Source: Thermoproteus sp.
GTDB taxonomy: Archaea > Thermoproteota > Thermoprotei > Thermoproteales > Thermoproteaceae
Assembly (NCBI GenBank): GCA_049976425.1
Contig: JBMFIG010000014.1
Location: 1 to 39,842, forward strand
Reading direction: 5' to 3'
Length of the DNA stretch: 39,842 nt
In this document: one piece after another, positions 17,955-26,464 of the stretch
Layout of the letters: each line of letters starts with the position of its first letter
Position numbering within the stretch: the stretch's first letter is position 1
Made by a program: the position numbers and the translations under genes
Notes under the pieces: model-generated
What the model saw: only the letters and a program-made list of their open reading frames with translations
The model's database searches: none
What the model was told of the DNA's origin: nothing

Positions 17955-18833
17955 GTGAACGAGCTAGTCGGGGCAGGCGATGTTGTCCACAGAGCTTTGA
18001 AATACGCCATGGACATAATCCATCCCGACATGCCTGTCTTGGAGCTCTGCGAGAAGATAGAGCAGTTCATAATCGCGCAGGGAGCCAAACCTGCGTTTCC
18101 GGTCAACATAAGCATTAACGAGGTAGCGGCGCATTACACTGCGACGAGGAACGATGGAAGTAAAATCCCCAAGAACTCTGTGGTTAAGATAGATGTAGGC
18201 GCCCATAAGGACGGCTACATTGTCGACGCCGCAGTCACAGTCGCGTTGGGTACTAACGCATACGACGGCTTGATAAGGGCCTCCTACAACGCGCTCAAGA
18301 AGGCCTCAGAGGCGTTGAAGCCCGGCGTCAGGGCTTGGCAGATCGGCGAAGCCATCGAGGCGGCCATAAAATCGTTCGGCTACAAGCCTATCTACAACTT
18401 GACCGGCCATCGAATAGAGCGCTACGTCCTCCACGCAGGGGACGTGATACCTAACTACGGCGATAGGTCCGCGTCGCAGAACATCAAGACGGGCGATGTA
18501 TATGCCGTGGAGCCCTTCGCCACCAACGGCAAGGGATATGTCGTAGATAGAAAAAATATTACTATATTTAGACTTTTAAGAAATAAATCGAAAAAATATC
18601 AGAAATATATAGATATAATATATCAATTTTCTAATAATTTGCCGTTTACGCCTAGATGGTTTCCTCAGATCCCAGACGCCTTCTATAAAGACGCCTTGTC
18701 GGAGGGGGTTCTCTACGGCTACGAGGTGTTGGTCGAGGAGGCCAACGGCTTCGTGGCCCAGTTCGAGGACACGTTCTTGATCGAGGACGATGGGGCACGG
18801 CCTCTGGCGAGGACCCTTGAGCTAGTCACTTAA
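17955..18833 (+). CDS. map: Methionine aminopeptidase type II
   Basis: AFPVNISINEVAAHY, KIDVGAHKDGYIVD, LTGH, AVEPF, AQFEDT. Confidence 0.96.
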   Translation: MNELVGAGDVVHRALKYAMDIIHPDMPVLELCEKIEQFIIAQGAKPAFPVNISINEVAAHYTATRNDGSKIPKNSVVKIDVGAHKDGYIVDAAVTVALGTNAYDGLIRASYNALKKASEALKPGVRAWQIGEAIEAAIKSFGYKPIYNLTGHRIERYVLHAGDVIPNYGDRSASQNIKTGDVYAVEPFATNGKGYVVDRKNITIFRLLRNKSKKYQKYIDIIYQFSNNLPFTPRWFPQIPDAFYKDALSEGVLYGYEVLVEEANGFVAQFEDTFLIEDDGARPLARTLELVT

Positions 18834-19281
18834 CCAAGCGCAACCTAACCACCGAGTTGCCTATCTTAACGACGGCTTCCTCCCCCGCCTTGGCCACGTT
18901 GACCCTTTTCCCCTCCGGCATTAGATACGTCCCGTTGGTGCTGCCGAGATCCTCGAGGATTAGCCCTTCGGAGGATACCACGATCCTTAGATGTCTCCGA
19001 GAGACCGAGGGATCCGGCAACACGAAGTTGTTGTCCAACGCCCTACCTACCGTCACTATATTTCCCAGGGCCTCCAAGTCGAATGCCTTAGCCGCGCCTG
19101 CCAAGCCCTTGACAGGCGTCTCGAGGATCTCAACGACAAGTTGCCTATAGTAGGCGACCACTTTGGGGCCCCTCTCGGCGACGCTCACAGTGCTCGCCGT
19201 CGGCCTCGCCGCGCCGCATATCCTGCACGTGTCCACATCGTCGGGGTTCTCTGTGCCGCAAATTGGGCATTTCCAAGGCAT
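18826..19281 (-). CDS. Zn-ribbon + FHA domain protein (ArnA-like architecture)
   Basis: WKCPICGTEN...CRICG ribbon; FHA motifs VGR, SVSRRH, DLGSTNGT. Confidence 0.9.
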   Translation of the reverse strand: MPWKCPICGTENPDDVDTCRICGAARPTASTVSVAERGPKVVAYYRQLVVEILETPVKGLAGAAKAFDLEALGNIVTVGRALDNNFVLPDPSVSRRHLRIVVSSEGLILEDLGSTNGTYLMPEGKRVNVAKAGEEAVVKIGNSVVRLRLVK

Positions 19282-20781
19282 TTATTGAGGCACGCCGGCT
19301 CCGCTTATATAGTTTTCGAATATCCTCAAGATCTGCTCGGCCGTAGGCCTGGCCTCAGGCCTTGGGGACAACATGGACATTATTAAGCCCGAGAGCCAAG
19401 ACGGGATCTCCGGCCTGTATCTGTCGGGAGGGGGTATCTCGTATCCGTTAATCACGAACGACTGCGGGTTTATCCCGGTCAAGCTCTCGTACATAACGCA
19501 ACCGAGTGAATATATGTCGGAGGCTTTAGATGCCGTCTGACTGTAGAGGGTCTCAGGCGCCGCGTAAGCTGGTGAAAGATACGACGCGGCCACCGCCTTG
19601 CCCACAGCCAGTTTGGCAATGCCTAGATCCCCTATCTTGACCACGGCCTTTTCCCTATCCTTAAACATTATATTTTCAGGTTTTATATCTAGATGAACTA
19701 AATTATTCTTATGAATATCATTTAATCCCTTCAATATCTGTATAAATATTCTAAAGAATTCATCGAGGGATAGAGTCCTCTTCTCGATCAGATACTCCCG
19801 TAGGGATCCGCCCTCCATGTACTCGAGTATCATGTATGGGGGATTCCTCATGTAGTCGCTCAAAGATCTGTACTCGGTAGATGGTATCGACACCTCGTAC
19901 GCCTTCACCACGTAGTCGGACAACACCTCCAGATACCTGTTCATCTCCTGCCCGAATATCTTTATAACGTCCCAGCTCGACGCGAGGGGAGCGCCTCTAT
20001 CGTCGACATACCTAAGCACCTTAGCGGCGAACTTCTGCCTACCCGCCGAGACCTTTAAGACGTAGCTAAAGCCGCCTACTCCCACTACGTCCTCGACGTA
20101 GTATTTTCCGCCGAGCCAGGAATTGAGCCACCCCACCGGCGGCGATAGAGACCTATAAGCGATCCTCTTGCTAAATACAAAATATGCTACTAAAAATAGA
20201 AAAATATTAATAAAAATAAAAAGGAAAGTATAATTTATCTTAAATATATAAATTAAGATAAAATAATTCAATAGATATACAAAAGAGGCAAGGGGACCGT
20301 ATATCTGTATCGGTAGGTCAAATATGGCGAAAATAAACCCCTGAAGGATAGGCAATGCAAACATATAGGGGCTCTGGAAAGCCAAGGACAATATAGCAGG
20401 TATGGCAATATCCTTAGTTTTATTAATTCTATAATATGAATATTCATATATTTCAAATAGTAAAATTATAAGAAATATTATAATAGAATCCAATACAATA
20501 TTAATTATATTATATTGTTCAATCAGAAATAAATTTGAATTGAAGAACATTAAACTCGCAATCACGATGTAAAGAGCCGCGCGCATCGCCATTACGTACC
20601 TACCTATAATAGCTCTTACCAACAATATCGATATAATTAATATATAAAATTCATCTTCAATAATATTGTTTATAAGGTACGTTTGAATAAATATTAATAT
20701 GATTAATATGGTGAATAGAGTAAAGAATCTGGCGAAAATTTTCCGCGCCTGATATGCGATTGCTATCGCCGAGAGGAGCAT
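19282..20781 (-). CDS. Multi-pass membrane Hanks-type Ser/Thr protein kinase
   Basis: ~200 aa hydrophobic N-terminus; GVGGFSYV, AAKV, EYMEGGSL, HLDIKPEN, GDLG, YAAPE, SDIYSLG. Confidence 0.92.
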   Translation of the reverse strand: MLLSAIAIAYQARKIFARFFTLFTILIILIFIQTYLINNIIEDEFYILIISILLVRAIIGRYVMAMRAALYIVIASLMFFNSNLFLIEQYNIINIVLDSIIIFLIILLFEIYEYSYYRINKTKDIAIPAILSLAFQSPYMFALPILQGFIFAIFDLPIQIYGPLASFVYLLNYFILIYIFKINYTFLFIFINIFLFLVAYFVFSKRIAYRSLSPPVGWLNSWLGGKYYVEDVVGVGGFSYVLKVSAGRQKFAAKVLRYVDDRGAPLASSWDVIKIFGQEMNRYLEVLSDYVVKAYEVSIPSTEYRSLSDYMRNPPYMILEYMEGGSLREYLIEKRTLSLDEFFRIFIQILKGLNDIHKNNLVHLDIKPENIMFKDREKAVVKIGDLGIAKLAVGKAVAASYLSPAYAAPETLYSQTASKASDIYSLGCVMYESLTGINPQSFVINGYEIPPPDRYRPEIPSWLSGLIMSMLSPRPEARPTAEQILRIFENYISGAGVPQ

Positions 20782-20862
20782 TTGAAGAACTCGAAGATCA
20801 AGCCTTTAAAGTATACGTATACTACACGTCTACATAAAAATACATGTCGCAAAGAGGTATTG

Positions 20863-21807
20863 GTGCTGGTCGACAGATACGGCAGGCCGTTCCTGAAGCT
20901 CAGAGTGGCCGTCAACGACGTCTGCAACTTCTCCTGCATATTCTGCCACTTCGAAGGGCAGTTGAGAGGTGTTGGCCGCCTTCTTGACGCAGACGACTAC
21001 GGTTTTCTGGTCGACGTGCTTTCTAAGATAGGCGTAAGAGACTATAAACTAACGGGCGGCGAGCCCCTCTTGAGGAGCGACATAGTGGATATAGTGCGGA
21101 AAATGAACAGAGATGGCGTCGAGATCTCGATGACTACCAACGGCTTCAGGTTGGCGGAGTTGGCAGAGGATCTCGCCGCCGCGGGTCTCCGGCGCGTCAA
21201 CGTCTCGGTCCACACCACAGATCCTGAGAAGTTCTCCAAAGTGGCTGGAGTGCCCAAGGAGTGGTTCCGCAGAGTGCTAGACGGCGTGCACGCGGCCGTC
21301 AAGGCCGGCATGAAGGTGAAGCTCAACGCGGTGCTCCTGAAAGGGATAAACGACGACAGGGAGTCTCTGAGGTCGTTGGTTAAACTCGCCGCATCTATCG
21401 GCGCATCTATTCAGCTGATAGAGCTCATGCCCGTAGGTCTGGGTAGCAAGATATTCGGCGATCTCCGCGCCTCGGCGGACGAGGTGGCCGAATTGCTCGA
21501 GGGCATGGGCGCGAGGCCTGCCTACACCAGGAAGGATCTACACAACAGACCTATTCTGAGGCTGGCCGGCGTCGATGTAGAGATTGTCAAGAACTGGAAC
21601 AATCCCTACTTCTGCGCTGGTTGCACCACCATGAGGCTTACGAGCGACGGCAAGCTGAAGCCTTGTCTCTACAGAGAGCCCGTCGTGGATCTCTACGGCC
21701 CCATAAAGGAGAGGGACGCCAAGAGGGTATACGAGGCGGTATCTCGCGCCGTGTATGTCCGCGAGCCTACCTTCAAGTTGAAGATAGACTACTCGTCCTC
21801 GCTGTAG
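20863..21807 (+). CDS. moaA: GTP 3',8-cyclase MoaA (radical SAM)
   Basis: DRYGR, CNFSCIFC, TGGEP, TTNG, FCAGCTTMRLTSDGKLKPCL; GTG 20863 follows GAGGT. Confidence 0.95.
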   Translation: MLVDRYGRPFLKLRVAVNDVCNFSCIFCHFEGQLRGVGRLLDADDYGFLVDVLSKIGVRDYKLTGGEPLLRSDIVDIVRKMNRDGVEISMTTNGFRLAELAEDLAAAGLRRVNVSVHTTDPEKFSKVAGVPKEWFRRVLDGVHAAVKAGMKVKLNAVLLKGINDDRESLRSLVKLAASIGASIQLIELMPVGLGSKIFGDLRASADEVAELLEGMGARPAYTRKDLHNRPILRLAGVDVEIVKNWNNPYFCAGCTTMRLTSDGKLKPCLYREPVVDLYGPIKERDAKRVYEAVSRAVYVREPTFKLKIDYSSSL

Positions 21808-22214
21808 AGCGGCAACTCCTCCTCGCCCTCTTGTTCCGAAGAGATCTCTCTATATTTGTCCAGAGAATCTATGATTGCCTGGAATTTGCTCTCCCAAGTA
21901 GGTACAAGCCTATTGATTTCCGAGTTTATCTCCTCGTAATGTCTCAACAGAAGCTGGCCCACCTCGGTCAACTCGGTCTTGCCCCTCTCCCGTCCGCCCC
22001 GCTTAGACTGTACCAGAGGGACTTGCAAGATATCCTCGAGTTTTTTCAGGTAAGTCCATATAAACTTATAGGAAAATCCCAATTTACGCGCCGCGGAGGC
22101 TATGGAGCCCGTCTCGTCTATGGCCTTCAGGATATCGTATATGCCCGGCCCTATTATCTGGTTGCCGTTCCACTCTACCCAGACTCTGTACTTAACCTTG
22201 ACGTCGTTAGGCAC
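21789..22214 (-). CDS. ModE-like winged-helix transcriptional regulator (no molybdate-binding domain)
   Basis: GPG..ILKAIDETGSIASAARKLGFSYK..W, RGG...TELT; sits between moaA and moaC. Confidence 0.85.
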   Translation of the reverse strand: MPNDVKVKYRVWVEWNGNQIIGPGIYDILKAIDETGSIASAARKLGFSYKFIWTYLKKLEDILQVPLVQSKRGGRERGKTELTEVGQLLLRHYEEINSEINRLVPTWESKFQAIIDSLDKYREISSEQEGEEELPLYSEDE

Positions 22215-22282
22215 GGATTAAGGATAGCCGTTATTATTTACTTTTACAGTATGATTTTTCTACTGGAGAGGCGGCTGTAGAT

Positions 22283-23020
22283 GTGATGGTCGACATCTCG
22301 GCGAAGGGCGATGTGGGCAGATACGCCGTAGCTTCCGCCGAGGTCTCCATAAGCGACGCTGTAAGTTGCGTCGTAGCGGCCTCTCTCGCGACGAAACAGG
22401 CATATAGGTATGTGCCGCTTCTACACCCGGTACCTCTATCAGCCTCGGCGGAGTGTAGCGGAGGCGCCGTCAAGGCTAGGGCCTGGACTGTGTGGAAGAC
22501 GGGCGTGGAGATGGATGCGTTGTTCGGCGCCCTCGTGGGCGCCATAGCTGGCGGCGCCACCTACATCAAGAGATTACGCGTAGATACGAAGGTCAAGGGT
22601 GTAGAATACAGTCTGGAGGAGCCGAGGGGAGCCATAAAGGTCAACCGCCCGGATCTCGGCTATGTAGTTAAGGCATACGGTTATATACATCTAACCTCCA
22701 CAAGACCTATAAAGGCCGGCTCTGTCGAGAAGGGCGACCCCATCTGCGCGGCGAGGACGATAGCCCCGCTCAACGCAAAGAGGCTATGCGAGCTTCTGCC
22801 GGCGGAGTGCGTGAAGCTCGAATACGCCAACAGCAGTATAGAGATAGGAGACGACTCGGTGGCCGTCGAGGTGGTCTTAAAAGGCAGAGACGCCTCGCCG
22901 AGCTTGGAGGCCCTGTTCGCCGCGGGCTCCGCGCTCCTGACCATCTGGGACATGTTGAAGAAATACGAAAAGGACGAAAACGGACAGTACCCCAACACCT
23001 ACGTGGAGCTAGGACTTTAG
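22283..23020 (+). CDS. moaC: Cyclic pyranopterin monophosphate synthase MoaC, tandem two-repeat form
   Basis: MVDIS, PLLHP and TGVEMDAL in the first half; KGD and TIWDMLKKYEKD in the second half; 245 aa. Confidence 0.85.
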   Translation: MMVDISAKGDVGRYAVASAEVSISDAVSCVVAASLATKQAYRYVPLLHPVPLSASAECSGGAVKARAWTVWKTGVEMDALFGALVGAIAGGATYIKRLRVDTKVKGVEYSLEEPRGAIKVNRPDLGYVVKAYGYIHLTSTRPIKAGSVEKGDPICAARTIAPLNAKRLCELLPAECVKLEYANSSIEIGDDSVAVEVVLKGRDASPSLEALFAAGSALLTIWDMLKKYEKDENGQYPNTYVELGL

Positions 23021-23401
23021 CTTGTCGCCTCTAAACGGCGACGGGAAGAGATCCCTGAGATTCGCCGTAATCACCTTTCTCTTGTCGGCCGTCGCCATGA
23101 TCACAAGGGCGTTGGGGTTGAACTCGGCTATGACCTGTCTACACGCCCCGCAGGGGGCCACCGGCTCGTCCGAGTCGACGACCACCGCTACGGCCACTAT
23201 ATCCCTATCCCCCTCCGACACGGCCTTAAATACGGCCACCCTCTCGGCGCATACGGTCAGCCCGTAGCTGGCGTTCTCCACGTTGACGCCAGTGTAGATC
23301 CTGCCGCTTTTGGTCAACACGGCGGCGCCTACGCGGAACTTCGAATACGGCGCATATGCGTTTTTTAGGGCTTCCCGGGCCTTTTCCACGAGCTCCTCCA
23401 T
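23009..23401 (-). CDS. cdd: Cytidine deaminase
   Basis: AYAPYSKFRVGAA, NVENASYG..CAER, PCGACRQ. Confidence 0.96.
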   Translation of the reverse strand: MEELVEKAREALKNAYAPYSKFRVGAAVLTKSGRIYTGVNVENASYGLTVCAERVAVFKAVSEGDRDIVAVAVVVDSDEPVAPCGACRQVIAEFNPNALVIMATADKRKVITANLRDLFPSPFRGDKLKS

Positions 23402-23428
23402 AAAAATATAAGGGGTAAAAGAGAGTTA

Positions 23429-24352
23429 GTGGCCGCAGAGGTAAGAGAGGCGATTGTTAAGACGGGGGCAGAGGTGGAAGACGGAGTATTGGCCACTATG
23501 CCTAGGAGTTTGAAATACACAGCGGCTCAGATAAGATCTATAATAGAATCATATAAAAGCTCAGATATATCTACTATTATTAATAATTTATCAAATATAA
23601 GAAATATTGAAGATGTGATACTATATATTACAATATTATCATATCTAGTAGGTAATAACATCAAGGGCGATGGGATGTTGGAAGCGTACTCCCGAGAGTT
23701 CGAGAAAATGGACGGCATATCAGCATCCAAGCTGAGACACCTTCTCACCAATATATTGGGCGAGGAGGCTCCGATAAATATACATGTAAATAAAATTTTA
23801 AAGATTATAGAATTTCTAAAGCATAAAAAGGGAACATATCTCTGGATATTAAAAGAAAAACGATTAGATAGATTTGAGAAAGATGTGAGAGAATTTGTCT
23901 TCGAAAACAACGGTGGTTATTCTATCGATAGAGGAATTAAGTTATTTATAAGAATTTTTATAGATAAAAATACTATTCCTCTTGCATATAAAATAGCTTA
24001 TAATAAAAATGAAGTTAGAAAATATAGAATACATGGGGATTTCTACACAACCCTTGTTGCCATGCGTAGCGGCTCCTTCGAGGACGTCGATTCGCCGACC
24101 GCCTCCAAGATAAAGCAGAGAGTGGCGCGGGCCCTGATTTGCAGAAGCCGGAAGGAGCGTTGCGATCCGTTACGGATACGCCTCAAGTCCGTGCGGGGTC
24201 TGGTGAGGACGATCGCCTATCTGAGCGGCGATCCCATAGCGTTCGAGAGAGGCGCGTACCACATAGGCAAGAACTACTGCGCTAGGCTTAGATGCGAGGA
24301 ATGCCCTATAAGGAACGTCTGCAAGAAATATATATTTATAGAAGTCAAGTAA
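23429..24352 (+). CDS. Hypothetical protein with a C-terminal endonuclease III-like Fe-S motif
   Basis: C-terminus GAYHIGKNYCARLRCEECPIRNVC (C-x4-C-x2-C-x5-C). Confidence 0.65.
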   Translation: MAAEVREAIVKTGAEVEDGVLATMPRSLKYTAAQIRSIIESYKSSDISTIINNLSNIRNIEDVILYITILSYLVGNNIKGDGMLEAYSREFEKMDGISASKLRHLLTNILGEEAPINIHVNKILKIIEFLKHKKGTYLWILKEKRLDRFEKDVREFVFENNGGYSIDRGIKLFIRIFIDKNTIPLAYKIAYNKNEVRKYRIHGDFYTTLVAMRSGSFEDVDSPTASKIKQRVARALICRSRKERCDPLRIRLKSVRGLVRTIAYLSGDPIAFERGAYHIGKNYCARLRCEECPIRNVCKKYIFIEVK

Positions 24353-24353
24353 C

Positions 24354-25133
24354 ATGTTAAAGGGGAAGACGGCTATAGTGACCGCCGCCAGTAGAGGCAT
24401 AGGGAGAGGGGTGGCCAGAGTCCTCGCGCGGGAGGGGGCCAACCTCGTCATAGCGTCTAGGGATCTAGAGAGGCTTTCGAGGACGGCGTCGGAGATAAGG
24501 TCAGAGTTCGGCGCCGAGGTCGTGCCCGTGCAGGCCGATTTAACTAAAAGGGCCGATGTGGCCAAGATTGTGGAGACAGCCGCGAGGAGTTTCGGCGGCG
24601 TGGATATACTTATCTACAACACAGGTCCTCCCAAGCCGGGGACCTTCATGGAGCTCACCGAGGAGGACTGGGACTACGCGGTGAGGCTTCTGCTGATGAG
24701 CGCCGTCTGGCTGACCAAGGACGCGTTGCCGTATATGATCGAGAAGAGGCAGGGCCGTATAATATACATAACGTCGTTGACGTTGAAGAGGCCTCTGCCC
24801 AATCTGACGCTCTCCAACGTGATACGGCTCTCAATAGCCGGCCTCGTCAAGACACTGGCGTACCAACTGGCCCAGTACAACATACTCGTCAACGGAGTTC
24901 TCCAGGGCTATGTCGAGACCGAGAGGGTGTTAGAGGTGGCTAGGGACAGAGCCGCCCGCGAGGGCAAGCCTCTGGACGACGTGCTGAAGGCTATGGCAGG
25001 CGAGATACCGCTGGGCCGTATGGCCAAGCCCGAGGAGATAGGGGAGCTCGTGGCGTTTTTGGCCTCGGAGAGGGCCAGCTACATAACGGGCTCTCTGATA
25101 TCTATAGATGGGGGATACGTGCAGTGTATCTAG
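24354..25133 (+). CDS. Short-chain dehydrogenase/reductase
   Basis: TAASRGIG, DILIYN, IPLGRMAKPEEI, SYITG...IDGG; atypical SNVIR in place of YxxxK. Confidence 0.92.
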   Translation: MLKGKTAIVTAASRGIGRGVARVLAREGANLVIASRDLERLSRTASEIRSEFGAEVVPVQADLTKRADVAKIVETAARSFGGVDILIYNTGPPKPGTFMELTEEDWDYAVRLLLMSAVWLTKDALPYMIEKRQGRIIYITSLTLKRPLPNLTLSNVIRLSIAGLVKTLAYQLAQYNILVNGVLQGYVETERVLEVARDRAAREGKPLDDVLKAMAGEIPLGRMAKPEEIGELVAFLASERASYITGSLISIDGGYVQCI

Positions 25134-26431
25134 AGCGTCAGCCCCATGCTCCCCAACAGCCTCCTGGCCAGCTCTCCGTCTACGCCGTAGCCGTACTTCA
25201 CCTCCAAGAACTGGCTCCTAAACTCGACGACCTTTCTACGTACTTGGCCGGGCTCTCTGCCGTCTATTAAGAGCTCCTTGAAGAAGCCCGCTATCTCGGC
25301 CATATCCCCCTCGCGCATGCCCCATCTGGTGACTTCCTGAACTCCTAGCCTGATCCCGCTAGGCTTAACCGCGCTTTTATCCCAGGGCAACATGTTCTTG
25401 TTAACTATTATATTGGCGTCCTCGAGCAACTTGGACACAGCCTCGCCGCCTCCCAGCTTCGAGACGTCCACGGCCACCTGGTGGGTCCGTGTGAACCCGA
25501 GATGCTCCGCCACCACGTCGAATCCATTGGCGTGTAGCGCCTCGGCGAGCGCTCTGGCGTTTCTGACTATCTGCTCCGCGTATTGGGCGCCGAACTGCCG
25601 CATCTCGGCCAGAGTGACGTAGGTGGCTGCGTACCTATGCATGTGGTAGTTCGACGTGAAGACGGGGAACACGCCGCGGGCGATCGACTCGTTGACCTCC
25701 CCCTCTAGGGCGCTGGCGATAAGCCCTCCTTGAGGCCCCGGGAAGGTCTTGTGCGTAGAGGAGGTAGTCACGTCGGCGCCCTCCCTCAGCGGGTTGGGGA
25801 ACTTGCCCCCCACCACTAGGCCGAAGACGTGGGCTGAATCGTGAAGTACGTAGGAGCCCACCGCGCGGGCGGCCTCGGATATCTCCTTTATCGGGTGGGG
25901 GAACAGATAGAGGGAGCCCCCCAAGATCACTATATTGGGCCTATTCTCCTCTATTAGCCTACGCGCCTTGTCGACGTCTATGTTGAACGCATCGGGGTCC
26001 CAAGGCAGTTCGAGAACCCTGAACTTCAACGCCTTGGGGCCGCCCACTTGGTTGTGGCTTATATGGCCGCCCGCCCTAGTTGGCAATGAGGCTATGGTGC
26101 CCCCCTCCGGCGCCAGGCCGTAGTACGTCGCCAGATTCGCTATGGTCCCCGAGATAGGCCTAACGTCGACGTACTTGGCGCCGAGGATCTCGGCGAAGCT
26201 CTTGGATAGGGCCTCCTCGAGGAGATCCACGTATCTGGTCCCTCTATAGTACCGCCGGCCGACGGAGCCCTCGGCGTATCTGCCCATGAGATCGTTGAGG
26301 TAGACCAACTCGGCGAGGGGCGACATCACGTTCTCGGCGGCTATTAGGTTGATCGTCTGCCTCCGCCTCCACTCGTTGTGTTCCAGAAGCACGTCCAACA
26401 TCTTCTGTACGTCCTCGGGATACTGCGCCAT
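25130..26431 (-). CDS. glyA: Serine hydroxymethyltransferase
   Basis: INLIAAEN, RYAEG...RYY, GGHISH, SSTHKTFPGPQGG, SGIRLG. Confidence 0.96.
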   Translation of the reverse strand: MAQYPEDVQKMLDVLLEHNEWRRRQTINLIAAENVMSPLAELVYLNDLMGRYAEGSVGRRYYRGTRYVDLLEEALSKSFAEILGAKYVDVRPISGTIANLATYYGLAPEGGTIASLPTRAGGHISHNQVGGPKALKFRVLELPWDPDAFNIDVDKARRLIEENRPNIVILGGSLYLFPHPIKEISEAARAVGSYVLHDSAHVFGLVVGGKFPNPLREGADVTTSSTHKTFPGPQGGLIASALEGEVNESIARGVFPVFTSNYHMHRYAATYVTLAEMRQFGAQYAEQIVRNARALAEALHANGFDVVAEHLGFTRTHQVAVDVSKLGGGEAVSKLLEDANIIVNKNMLPWDKSAVKPSGIRLGVQEVTRWGMREGDMAEIAGFFKELLIDGREPGQVRRKVVEFRSQFLEVKYGYGVDGELARRLLGSMGLTL

Positions 26432-26464
26432 AGGACTAAACCTCCCGCTATTTATAGATCTGCC

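Noticed and set aside
20782-20862. TTG-started N-terminal extension of MoaA
   Set aside because: It covers the divergent promoter. MoaA homology begins at LVDRYGR.
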